DNA of 64,000 nt. Source: Candidatus Binatia bacterium (GTDB taxonomy: Bacteria; Desulfobacterota; Binatia; UBA9968; JAJDTQ01). The notes beneath the pieces were generated by a model. The model saw only the letters and a list, made by a program, of their open reading frames with translations, searched no databases and was not told the DNA's origin. This document shows, in pieces, positions 50,337-59,358 of this stretch. The position numbers and the translations under genes were made by a program. The stretch lies in assembly GCA_951813575.1 (NCBI GenBank), contig OX638375.1, forward strand, positions 3,882,752 through 3,946,751, read 5' to 3'. The first letter of the stretch is position 1; the number at the start of each line of letters is the position of its first letter.

Positions 50337-50433
50337 CTTGACCCGGGGTCCAGGGGTGGAGGTGGGTTGGGCATGTTGCTTGCCAAGCCTCCCGCCCCGC
50401 CCCATCTGGACCCCGGGTCAAGCCCGGGGTGAC
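50326..50433. repeat. Inverted doublet of REP A
   Basis: GTCACCCCGGGCTTGACCCGGGGTCCA at 50326-50352 and its reverse complement at 50407-50433. Confidence 0.9.
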
Positions 50434-50749
50434 GCAGAGGCGCCCGGGGTGACGCAGAGGCGCCCGGGGTGACGCAGAGGCGCCCGGGGTGACGCAGGGG
50501 CGCCCGGGGTGACGCAGGGGCGCCCGGGGTGACGCAGGGGCGCCCGGGGTGACGCAGGGGCGCCCGGGGGGTGACGCAGGGGCGCCCGGGGTGACGCAGG
50601 GGCGCCCGGGGTGACGCAGGGGCGCCCGGGGTGACGCAGGGGCGCCCGGGGTGACGCAGGGGCGCCCGGGGTGACGCAGGGGCGCCCGGGATGACGCAGG
50701 GGCGCCCGGGATGACGCAGAGGCGTCTGGGATGACGCAGGGGCGTCTGG
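50422..50749. repeat. 16 tandem copies of a 20-bp unit
   Basis: GCCCGGGGTGACGCAG(G/A)GGC, counted by 16 occurrences of GACGCAG; distal copies diverge. Confidence 0.95.
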
Positions 50750-50779
50750 AATTGCGATTCGTAGGAACCAGGAGGAACC

Positions 50780-51952
50780 ATGAGCACCAATCTGAGCGGA
50801 AAATACGCCATCGTCGGCGTGGGACAGAGCCCCCTGGGCAAGGTGCCCGAGCTCGGCCCCATCGGACTCTTCGCGGTGGCGGCCAAGAACGCCATCGAGG
50901 ATGCCGGCCTGAAGAAGGAGGACGTGGACGGCCTCATCACCCGCGGACCGGACGACGTCTACTGCCACCACCAGCGCGTGGGAGAAGCGTTGGGACTGAA
51001 CGTCACCTTCAGCACCTCCACCGCCAACGGCGGCGCGAGCCAGACCATGGCCGTGGCGATGGCGTGCATGGCCATCGAGGCCGGCGTTTGCAACACCGTG
51101 GTCGTGGGTTACGGCCGCGACACCTGGTCGCGGACCCATCGCAACGCCGAGGCCAAGCAGGCGGTGGCTTCCAGTCCGCGGACCTACTCGGAGTTCGGCT
51201 CCGAGTTCGGCCGGTTCGGCGCGCCGGTGAACTACGCGGTTTCGGCCCGGCGCCACATGGAGCGTTTCGGCACCACCAAGGCGCAACTCGGCGCCATCGC
51301 GGTGGCGTTCCGCAACCACGCCCGCAAGAACCCTCACGCCTTCATGAAGAAGCCCCTGACCCTGGACGAGTACCTGGGCGCCCGGCTCATCGTGGACCCG
51401 CTCTGTCTCTTCGATTGCAGCGTGTTCATCGACGGCGCCGGGGCGGTGGTGGTGACCAGCGCGGAGCGCGCCCGGGATCTCCGGCAGCCGCCCGCCTATG
51501 TCCGCGGCTTCGGTTTCGGCAACCGCCTGAGCGGGTGGTACAACGACGACAACATGATCAACACCGGCGCCAAGGAAGCGGGGGAGGCGGCCTACAAGAT
51601 GGCGGGCATCGGCCCCCAGGACGTGGACACCGCCCAGATCTACGACTGCTTCACCCACATGGTGCTGCTGCAGCTCGAGGACTACGGCTTCTGCGCCAAG
51701 GGCGAGGGCGGGCCTTTCGTCGGCTCCGGGGCCTTGGAATTCGACGGCGTGCTGCCAACCAACACCTCCGGCGGCCAGCTCTCGGAAGGGCACATCGAGG
51801 GCATGCTCCAGGTGCTGGAAGGCGCCCGTCAGGTCCGCCGCGAGCACACCCCCGACCGGCAGGTGAAGGACTGCAACATCGCCTTCGTGTCCGGCCACGG
51901 CGGCAATACGGTGTGCCAGTCGGCGTTGATCCTGGGGAGGGAAGCGGGATGA
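50780..51952 (+). CDS. SCP2-type thiolase-family protein (Ltp2-like)
   Basis: AIVGVGQS, FDCSVFIDGAGAVVV, IYDCFT, LEDYGFC and NTSGGQLSEGH motifs. Confidence 0.85.
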   Translation: MSTNLSGKYAIVGVGQSPLGKVPELGPIGLFAVAAKNAIEDAGLKKEDVDGLITRGPDDVYCHHQRVGEALGLNVTFSTSTANGGASQTMAVAMACMAIEAGVCNTVVVGYGRDTWSRTHRNAEAKQAVASSPRTYSEFGSEFGRFGAPVNYAVSARRHMERFGTTKAQLGAIAVAFRNHARKNPHAFMKKPLTLDEYLGARLIVDPLCLFDCSVFIDGAGAVVVTSAERARDLRQPPAYVRGFGFGNRLSGWYNDDNMINTGAKEAGEAAYKMAGIGPQDVDTAQIYDCFTHMVLLQLEDYGFCAKGEGGPFVGSGALEFDGVLPTNTSGGQLSEGHIEGMLQVLEGARQVRREHTPDRQVKDCNIAFVSGHGGNTVCQSALILGREAG

Positions 51953-52365
51953 GCGAGTACAACAAGCCGCTGCCGCCGCCGACCGTGGAATCCGAGCCCT
52001 TCTGGGACGGGTGCAAGCGCCACGAACTGGTGGTGCCCCGTTGCGACGCCTGCTTGAACCACTGGTTCCCGCCCACCGCCACCTGCCCCAAATGCTGGAG
52101 CACGGACTGGACCTGGACCGGGGTGAGCGGCAAGGGGAAGATCTATTCGTTCGGCGTGTATCACCGGGCCTACCACAAGGGCTTCGCCGACGAGCTGCCC
52201 TACGCGCTGGTGGTGGTGGAACTGGACGAGGGTCCGCGCCTCACTACCAACGTGGTAGGCTGCAAGCCCGACGAGTTGAGTTGCGACATGCCGGTGGAGG
52301 TGGTGTTCGACGACGTCACCGAAGACCGGACCCTGTACAAGTTCAAACCCGTGAACGACAGCTAG
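51949..52365 (+). CDS. Zn-ribbon/OB-fold protein (DUF35, ChsH2-like)
   Basis: MSEYNKPLP, FWDG, CDAC...CPKC and PYALVVVELDEGPRL. The ATG overlaps the thiolase stop; the long 544-aa ORF is an artefactual extension. Confidence 0.9.
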   Translation: MSEYNKPLPPPTVESEPFWDGCKRHELVVPRCDACLNHWFPPTATCPKCWSTDWTWTGVSGKGKIYSFGVYHRAYHKGFADELPYALVVVELDEGPRLTTNVVGCKPDELSCDMPVEVVFDDVTEDRTLYKFKPVNDS

Positions 52366-52376
52366 CGGAGGTAACC

Positions 52377-53546
52377 ATGCTGCACAGCACCGAACGCATT
52401 CTTGTGACCCATACCGGCAGCCTGCCGCGACCGCGACAGCTCATCGACATGATGCTGGCGGAGAATGAGGGCAGGCCCGTCGATCCGGCGGAGTACGAGG
52501 ACAAGCTCCGGGGCGCGGTCCACGACATCGTGCGCCTGCAGATGGATCTCGGCGTCGACGTCGTCGACGACGGCGAGCTCAGCAAGCGCGGGTTCGCGGT
52601 CTACGCCCACCAGCGGCTCGACGGCCTCAGCCCCACCGGGCGGGTGCGGGTGTCGCCCTGGGACAACTCTCGGGAATCCCAAGCGTTTCCGGAGCACTAC
52701 GGGTACTACAGCCCGGTGCCCGGAGCCAAGCCCAACCCCAGCAACATGCAGATGGCCTGTACCGGCCCCATCGCCTACAGGGCCCAGGAGCGCGTGACGC
52801 AAGACCTGGCGAACCTGAAGGCCGCGGTGGAGGAAGCCGGGGCCGCGGAGGCCTTCGTGCCGGCCATCTCCCCCTGCGACGTGGCCGGCAACCAGGAGAA
52901 CGAGTACTACAAGAGCGACGAGGATCTCCTGTTCGCCATCGCCGAAGCCCTCAGCGTGGAATACCAGGCTATCGTCGACGCCGGCTTTCTGCTCCAGATC
53001 GACGACCCGCTGCTCATCAACTACTACGTCAAGAACCCGGACCTGAGCGTGGACCAGTGCCGCGCCTGGGCCGAAGGGCAGATCGAGGCCATCAACCACG
53101 CCTTGCGGAACATTCCCGAGGACCGGGTGCGCTACCACACCTGCTACGGCATCAACATGGGGCCCCGGGTCCACGACATGGAGATGAAGGACTACATCGA
53201 CATCGTGCTCAAGATCCGCGCCGGCGCCTTCTCCTTCGAGGCCTCCAACCCGCGCCACGAGCACGAGTGGAAGATCTGGGAGGACATCAAACTGCCCGAA
53301 GGGAAGCTCATCATCCCCGGCGTCATCACCCAGTCGTCCGTGGTGGTGGAACACCCCGAGCTCATCGCCCAGCGCCTCGAACGCTTCGCCGGGATCGTGG
53401 GCCGCGAGAACGTCATCGCCGGCAGCGACTGCGGCTTCGGCACCCAGGCCCTGGAGGTCCCGGAAATCCACCCCGCCATCGTCTGGGCCAAGTTCCAGGC
53501 CATGTCGGAGGGGGCACGGATAGCCAGCGAGCGGTTGTGGGGGTGA
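52377..53546 (+). CDS. Cobalamin-independent methionine synthase II family (MetE-like) protein
   Basis: THTGSLPRP, LQIDDP, YHTCYG, FEASNPRHEHEW and GSDCGF zinc-ligand motifs. Confidence 0.9.
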   Translation: MLHSTERILVTHTGSLPRPRQLIDMMLAENEGRPVDPAEYEDKLRGAVHDIVRLQMDLGVDVVDDGELSKRGFAVYAHQRLDGLSPTGRVRVSPWDNSRESQAFPEHYGYYSPVPGAKPNPSNMQMACTGPIAYRAQERVTQDLANLKAAVEEAGAAEAFVPAISPCDVAGNQENEYYKSDEDLLFAIAEALSVEYQAIVDAGFLLQIDDPLLINYYVKNPDLSVDQCRAWAEGQIEAINHALRNIPEDRVRYHTCYGINMGPRVHDMEMKDYIDIVLKIRAGAFSFEASNPRHEHEWKIWEDIKLPEGKLIIPGVITQSSVVVEHPELIAQRLERFAGIVGRENVIAGSDCGFGTQALEVPEIHPAIVWAKFQAMSEGARIASERLWG

Positions 53547-55465
53547 GATCCACGACCGCCCCCTTCGGCACCTGGGAGAGCCCCATCACCGCCCGCATGA
53601 TGACCGAGGGCGCGGTGGGGATCGGCAGCCTGAAGGCCGACGGGGAGAGTCTCTACTGGCTTGAGTCCCGACCCTCCGAGGCTGGACGGAGTGTCCTCGT
53701 GCGCCGGACCGGCAGCGGCGCCGTCACAGACCTCACGCCGGCCCCGTTCAACGTGCGCACCCGCGCCCACGAGTACGGCGGCGGCGCCCTCGGCGTGCGG
53801 AACGGCGTCGTGCTCTTCGCCAACTTCGCCGATCAACGCGTGTACCGCCTGGAGGACGGCGCCGACCCGCGTCCCATCACTCCCGAGGGTCCGCTCCGCT
53901 ACGCCGACTTCGACCTGGATCCGTCGGCCGGTCGGGCGGTGTGCGTGCGCGAAGACCATCGCGACGGCGGGGAGCCCGTGAACGCCCTGGTGGCGCTGGA
54001 GCTGGAAGGCGACGGCGACGAGGTTTGCGTCGTGGCGTCCGGGGGCGACTTCTACGCCGCGCCACGCCTCTCTCCGGACGGCCGGCAACTCGCCTGGCTG
54101 TCCTGGGATCACCCCAACATGCCATGGGACGGCACCTTCTTGTGGCTGGCCGACATGGCGGCGGACGGCGCCCTGACGAATGCGCGCCGGGTGGCCGGGG
54201 GCGCGGACGTCTCCGTCTTCCAGCCGGAATGGTCGCCGGACGGGACGCTTCACTTCGTCGACGATTCCATCGGCTGGTGGAACCTCTACCGTTGGCGCAA
54301 CGGCGCGCGGGAGCCCCTGTGTCCCCGGCAGGCGGAGTTCGGCCTGCCGCTGTGGCAGTTCGGCATGCGGAGTTTCGGATTCCTGGCCGACGGCCGCCTT
54401 GTCTGCCGGGTGATCGAGGGCGGAGCAGGACGGCTCGCCGTCGTCACCGAGGCCGGCCTGGAGACGCTGCCGACGCCGTTCTCGCATCCCGGGCTGCCCC
54501 AGTCCCTGGGCGGCCGGCTCGCCTTGATCGGGGCCACCCGTTCGGAGCCAACCCGGCTCAGCCTGTGGGACCCGGACACGGGCGCCGAAGAGGTGCTGAA
54601 ACGGGCGACGGAGACCACCGTCGACCCGGGCTACATTTCGGAAGCGGAAGCCATCGAGTTCCCCACCGCCGAAGAGCTGTCGGCCCACGCTTTCTACTAC
54701 CCGCCTCGCAATCAGCATTATGCCGCCCCGGCGGGGGAGTTGCCGCCCCTGATCGTGCGCTCGCACGGCGGCCCCACGGGGGCCACCAACGACGCGTTCA
54801 CGCTGGCCATCCAGTACTGGACCAGCCGCGGCTTCGCCGTCGTCGACGTCAACTATGGCGGCAGTACCGGCTTCGGGCGCGCCTATCGAGCGCGCCTGGA
54901 CGGGCGCTGGGGCATCGTGGACGTGGACGACTGCGTCAACGCCGCCCGATTCCTCGCCGGCTCGGGCCGGGCGGACCCGGACCGTCTGATCATCCGCGGC
55001 GGCAGCGCCGGCGGCTACACGACGCTGGCCGCGCTCGCCTTCCGCGACACCTTTCGGGCCGGCGCCAGCCTCTACGGCATCGGCGACCTGATGGCCCTGG
55101 CCCGGGACACCCACAAGTTCGAGAGCCGCTACATGGATCGGTTGATCGGTCCTCTGCCGGATTCGGAATCCGCCTACAGGGAACGTTCTCCCGTCCATCA
55201 CCTGGACGAATTCGATTGCCCGATCATTTTCTTTCAAGGGCTCGACGACAAGGTGGTACCGCCCAATCAGGCCGAAGCCATGGTGGACGCGCTGGACGCC
55301 AAGGGGCTGCCGGTGGCCTATTTGCCCTTCGAAGGCGAGGGCCACGGATTCCGCCAGGCGGAAACCATCGTCCGCGCCCTGGAGGCGGAGCTCTACTTCT
55401 ACGGCCGTGTCTTCGGCTTCACCCCTGCCGACGACATCGAGCCGGTACCGATCCGAAATCTCTGA
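53543..55465 (+). CDS. S9 family peptidase
   Basis: APFGTWESPI, HGGPT, VNYGGSTGFGR, GGSAGG, DKVVPP and EGHGF; GTG overlaps the previous stop. Confidence 0.9.
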   Translation: MRSTTAPFGTWESPITARMMTEGAVGIGSLKADGESLYWLESRPSEAGRSVLVRRTGSGAVTDLTPAPFNVRTRAHEYGGGALGVRNGVVLFANFADQRVYRLEDGADPRPITPEGPLRYADFDLDPSAGRAVCVREDHRDGGEPVNALVALELEGDGDEVCVVASGGDFYAAPRLSPDGRQLAWLSWDHPNMPWDGTFLWLADMAADGALTNARRVAGGADVSVFQPEWSPDGTLHFVDDSIGWWNLYRWRNGAREPLCPRQAEFGLPLWQFGMRSFGFLADGRLVCRVIEGGAGRLAVVTEAGLETLPTPFSHPGLPQSLGGRLALIGATRSEPTRLSLWDPDTGAEEVLKRATETTVDPGYISEAEAIEFPTAEELSAHAFYYPPRNQHYAAPAGELPPLIVRSHGGPTGATNDAFTLAIQYWTSRGFAVVDVNYGGSTGFGRAYRARLDGRWGIVDVDDCVNAARFLAGSGRADPDRLIIRGGSAGGYTTLAALAFRDTFRAGASLYGIGDLMALARDTHKFESRYMDRLIGPLPDSESAYRERSPVHHLDEFDCPIIFFQGLDDKVVPPNQAEAMVDALDAKGLPVAYLPFEGEGHGFRQAETIVRALEAELYFYGRVFGFTPADDIEPVPIRNL

Positions 55466-55529
55466 AGAAAAATATGGACTCGGATGCGACGATTGGTCGA
55501 CTAAAGTACGGCACATCGTCGAATCGTCT

Positions 55530-56085
55530 TGGAAGCCTTTCCTGAAGGGTCTCTACGATACCTACGGCGACCGGCTCCGCATCATCGTCACCGGCAGTAG
55601 ACGTCTCGATGTCTACCGCCGCGGCCGTGTTGTGCGATTTCCATCTGGGATTCCTCGTCAGGCCGTGGTTTCGGAACGTCTCGCGATCACTGCGCAAGGA
55701 GCCCAAGTGGTACCTGAGGGACTGGGCCGACATCGAAGACGTCGGGCAGAAGGCCGAGACCTTCGTCGCGTGCCATCTTCTCAAGGCGGTCGAAGGCTGG
55801 AACGACATGGGACTGGGACGGTTCGAACTCGGTTACCTGCGTGACAAGGAGAAGCGCGAAGTGGACTTCCTGGTGGCCAGGGAGGGGAGCCCTTGGATAC
55901 TCGTAGAAGTGAAGTACCGCGACGAATACTTGAGCCGATCGCTCAAGTACTACCAGGATCAACTCAAGGCCCCGTTCGCGTTTCAGGTGGTTCTTGATGT
56001 CGACTTCGTCGATGCCGACTGCTTCGCAAGGCCTGGGTCACCCACGGTCGTGCCGGGTAGAACCTTTCTTTCCCAACTGCTTTGA
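55530..56085 (+). pseudogene. Remnant of an AAA_14/DUF4143 ATP-binding protein
   Basis: A short piece WKPFLKGLYDTYGDRLRIIVTGSRRLDVYRRG in one frame is followed by the C-terminal SLRKEPKWYL...YLRDKEKREVDFLV...LVEVK in another. The Walker A region and the middle of the gene are missing. Confidence 0.65.
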
Positions 56086-56271
56086 CCGAAAGGTTGGTTG
56101 TACCTACCGCCGGCCAAGTCTGGCTCTCTAGGCTGAACACTCTCGAAGGGAGCCTTCTGTCGGGCTTCGGGAGGCTCGCTTGTCCTCCGCGTGCCAACAA
56201 ACAGTGAGTTCACCTGCGGTTCTGTCCCACTTCCCAAGCATAGTCGGTGCGGGGCATACTGCCGTACGCCG

Positions 56272-56301
56272 TTGACAACACGAACTCCCCTTCGGTAAGG
56301 T
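56272..56301 (+). promoter_or_regulatory. Putative sigma70 promoter of the UGSC gene
   Basis: TTGACA-18 nt-TAAGGT, then a GGAGG RBS before the ATG at 56339. Confidence 0.45.
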
Positions 56302-56338
56302 CTCGCAGTTACAATCACGCGTGTGATCGGGAGGATCC

Positions 56339-56929
56339 ATGGGAAAGCTACAGATGCTTGATCCGAGGGCTGACGTTCTGCTTGAGAACCGCCCACCGGT
56401 GCCCGGGCTGGATGATCTGACGGGGAAGGTGGTTGGGATCATCGATAACGGCCAGGCCAACTCGAGCCCGATGTTCGAGGAGTTGGCGCGGCTGATCGAG
56501 GAGCAGACGGGCGCCGCCGAAGTGCTGTTGCGGAAGAAGCCGAGCCACATGAATGCGGCGCCGGGGGAACTGATCGAGGAGATGCTGAGCCGGTGCGACG
56601 CGGTCGTCACCGGCCTCGGTGCTTGAGGGTCGTGCACGTCGTGGAGTGTCCACGACGCCATCGAGATTCAGAAGCGCGGCACGCCCACTGTGACCCTGTG
56701 TCAGACCATCTTCATGGAGCTGGGACGTAAGGAAGCGACGTTCTTCGGCATGCCCAAGCTGCCGCTGGTGCAGATCCCGCACCATCCGAGCGGCGGCGCC
56801 CGGCCGGGTGAGCACGCCGAGGATGCGAGGATCGCCATCGGTCCGGTGCGCGAGACCCTGACGGACGCCGATGCCGCCGAGTCTGCGCCGGCCGGCGCCG
56901 CGGGAGCTGAAGCCCAGGCGGGCAAATAG
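56339..56929 (+). CDS. UGSC-family selenoprotein (196 aa, Sec at codon 96)
   Basis: ORFs 56339..56626 and 56690..56929 are in frame. Read-through of TGA at 56624-26 gives DAVVTGLGA-U-GSCTSWSVHDAIEIQKRGTPTV. Confidence 0.85.
56637..56657 (+). promoter_or_regulatory. Candidate bacterial SECIS hairpin
   Basis: CGTCGTGGA-GTG-TCCACGACG is a perfect 9-bp stem starting 11 nt after the UGA, with a G-first loop 20 nt after it. Confidence 0.65.
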
Positions 56930-56977
56930 CGCCCGGGCGGACATCCCTCACCAAGGCGCACCACGGACCCTTTACGC

Positions 56978-58069
56978 ATGCCCGCCGACACGTCACAGGT
57001 GAAGCTCGTCTCCGAAGTCATCGAGGTGGAAGACTCGCTGGAGGCGGTCAACGACTGGTTCTGCGAGCGCCAGCTAAGCGACGGCTTGCCCATCGTTCCG
57101 CCCACCCGCGAGCGGGTGGAGCGGGTGCTCACGGGCACCCACCGCGATCCCCAGGAGATCATCGGGCAGGTGCCGCCCAAGTGGGCACCGGCCACCGTGG
57201 AGAAGATCGCCGTCAGCAGCGTGATGGCCGGGTGCCTGCCGGAATACCTGCCGGTGGTCATCGCCGCGGTGGAGGGGATCATGGAGCCCCGTTTCAACCT
57301 CTACGGGGTCCAGGCCACCACCGGGTACGCGGGTCCGGCGCTGCTGGTGAATGGTCCCGTCCGGAACGAGCTGGGAATCAACTGCGACGCCGGCGTGTTC
57401 GGCCCGGGCCATCGCGCCAACGCCACCATCGGCCGCGCCATCCGCCTGATCCTCATCACCGTGGGCGGCGGCTACCCCGGCGACACCGACCGCGCCACCT
57501 TCGGCTGGCCGGGCAAGTACAGCTTCTGCTTCGGCGAGAACGAGGAGAAGAGCCCCTGGGAGCCCTACCACGTGAGCCGGGGCTACAAGCCCGAGCAGAG
57601 CACCGTGACCGTGTGCGGCATCAACGGCTTCATCCCCATGCACACCGCCGGGAGCACCGGCCAGGAGGCGCTGTCGTCGCTGGCCGAGGTCATCGCCATG
57701 CATCACGGCGGCAGCCACCTGGACGTGGGCAGCTTCGGCGGCGGCACGCCGCTGGTGGCCCTGTGCACCGAGGACGCCGAGATCATGGCGCGGGACGGCA
57801 TCACCCGGGCTGACATCCGCGAGTACCTCTGGGAGCATTCCACCATCACCTTCGCCAGCATCCCGGACCGGCGCAAGGGCACCAAGAACGACGAGGAGCT
57901 GCTGCGGGAGTCGCCCAACGTCACCCCCGACGGCATCGTGCACCTGGCCACCCAGCCCGACGACATCATGGTGATCGTGACCGGCGGCAAGCACCGGCAC
58001 TGCGTGCTGCTGCCCATGTGGACCGGCCGGAACACGCTGGCCGTCACCAAGCCCATACGGACGGCATGA
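56978..58069 (+). CDS. Conserved hypothetical protein of the type found beside UGSC proteins
   Basis: SDGLPIVPPTRERVE, ATVEKIAVSSVMAGC, VNGP, RANATIGRA and ENEEKSPW motifs. Confidence 0.75.
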   Translation: MPADTSQVKLVSEVIEVEDSLEAVNDWFCERQLSDGLPIVPPTRERVERVLTGTHRDPQEIIGQVPPKWAPATVEKIAVSSVMAGCLPEYLPVVIAAVEGIMEPRFNLYGVQATTGYAGPALLVNGPVRNELGINCDAGVFGPGHRANATIGRAIRLILITVGGGYPGDTDRATFGWPGKYSFCFGENEEKSPWEPYHVSRGYKPEQSTVTVCGINGFIPMHTAGSTGQEALSSLAEVIAMHHGGSHLDVGSFGGGTPLVALCTEDAEIMARDGITRADIREYLWEHSTITFASIPDRRKGTKNDEELLRESPNVTPDGIVHLATQPDDIMVIVTGGKHRHCVLLPMWTGRNTLAVTKPIRTA

Positions 58070-58135
58070 CGATCCCGCCCCTCGTTATCCTCACTACGAT
58101 TTCACCAAGGTCGCGTTAGCGAACAAGGAGTGTCC

Positions 58136-59350
58136 ATGGATTTCAATCTGCAAGAAGACTCCCCGGAGATGACCGAGTTCCGCAAGGAGGTCCGGGCCTG
58201 GATGGAAGAGAACATGAAGGGCTCGGAGCACCTGCGCTGGTCGGCGTCGTGGTCCACCCGGGAGAACGAGGAGGAGTACAGTTTTCGCCGCGGCCTCGGC
58301 GAGAAGCTGGGCAAGAAGGGCTGGCTGTTTCCCATGTTCCCCGAGGAGTACGGCGGCGCCGGCCTGTCCGTGAACCATCAGTTCGTGTTGGAGACGGAGT
58401 TGAGCCGCTACGGTCTCAACCTGACCCATGTGTTCTACACGCTGGCCCGGATCGTGGCGCCGGTGCTGATCCACTGGGGCACCGAGGAGCAGAAGCTTGA
58501 GTTCCTGCCGCCCATCGCACGGGGAGAGATCGTGGTGTGGCAGGTGTTGACCGAGCCCCAGAGCGGCAGCGATGTGGCCAACTGCCAAACCAAGGCCATC
58601 CGCGACGGTGACGACTACATCGTCAACGGACAGAAAGTCATGGTGGGCCACCATCTGCCGCCGGACGCGCTATGGGCGCTGGTGTGCACCGACCCCGATG
58701 GCAAGCGGCACGAGAACCTGAGCTGGCTGCACATTCCCGCGAACCTGCCGGGCATCACCATCCAGCACATGCACCTGATGATGGGCATCAAGAACGCGGT
58801 GTTCTTCGACAACGTGCGCGTCCCCGCCAAGTATCTCATCGGCGGTGAGAACAACGGTTGGAAGGTGGCCAACACGCACCTGGAGCTGGAGCACGGCGGC
58901 GACGGCCGGGTGGGCACCGATCCGGTGGTGGACCGGGTGGTGGAGTATTGCCGGAACCACGAGGTGGGCGGCAAGCCGCTCATTGACGATCCGCACGTGC
59001 GCGACATCATCGGCGACATGATCCTGGAGATCAACACGGTCAACCGCATGAACCGGCGCATCTTCTGGCACCGTTTCGTCAAGGAGCCGCACGCCTACGG
59101 CGGCGCGCAGTTCCGCTACTACCAGCGCATGGTCCGGCTCAGGAACGGCGAGCGGCTGCAGAAGATCATGGGCGCGGACGCGCTGATCCCGGACCACGGA
59201 GTGCACGAGGTGCTGGACTTCGAGTACGTCATCCGTAGCGGCCCGGGCCAGCTTCACGGCGGCGGCACCCTCGACACCGACCGGCTCATCTTCGCGCGCC
59301 GCGCCGGCATCGGCCGCCAGACCAAGGAGAAGGCGCCGGATACGGTGTAG
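58136..59350 (+). CDS. Acyl-CoA dehydrogenase family protein
   Basis: PEEYGGAG, LTEPQSGSDVA, VNGQK, VFFDNVRVP and GGENNGW motifs. Confidence 0.9.
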   Translation: MDFNLQEDSPEMTEFRKEVRAWMEENMKGSEHLRWSASWSTRENEEEYSFRRGLGEKLGKKGWLFPMFPEEYGGAGLSVNHQFVLETELSRYGLNLTHVFYTLARIVAPVLIHWGTEEQKLEFLPPIARGEIVVWQVLTEPQSGSDVANCQTKAIRDGDDYIVNGQKVMVGHHLPPDALWALVCTDPDGKRHENLSWLHIPANLPGITIQHMHLMMGIKNAVFFDNVRVPAKYLIGGENNGWKVANTHLELEHGGDGRVGTDPVVDRVVEYCRNHEVGGKPLIDDPHVRDIIGDMILEINTVNRMNRRIFWHRFVKEPHAYGGAQFRYYQRMVRLRNGERLQKIMGADALIPDHGVHEVLDFEYVIRSGPGQLHGGGTLDTDRLIFARRAGIGRQTKEKAPDTV

Positions 59351-59358
59351 AGGTAATC

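Noticed and set aside
50043-50749. CRISPR array
   Set aside because: Units are contiguous with no unique spacers and there are no cas genes in the window; these are tandem repeats.
49192-50940. ORFs with Cys-containing repeats (PGRPCVT, ASKTSPRAP) as RiPP precursors or repeat proteins
   Set aside because: They arise from stop-free DNA tandem repeats, overlap real genes and lack an RBS or modifying enzymes.
56090-56270. Riboswitch or ncRNA upstream of the UGSC gene
   Set aside because: Only short hairpins are visible and no known family motif was recognised.
56339-56929. Two separate small genes or a nonsense pseudogene
   Set aside because: In-frame continuity, the UGSC motif and the hairpin favour a single selenoprotein.
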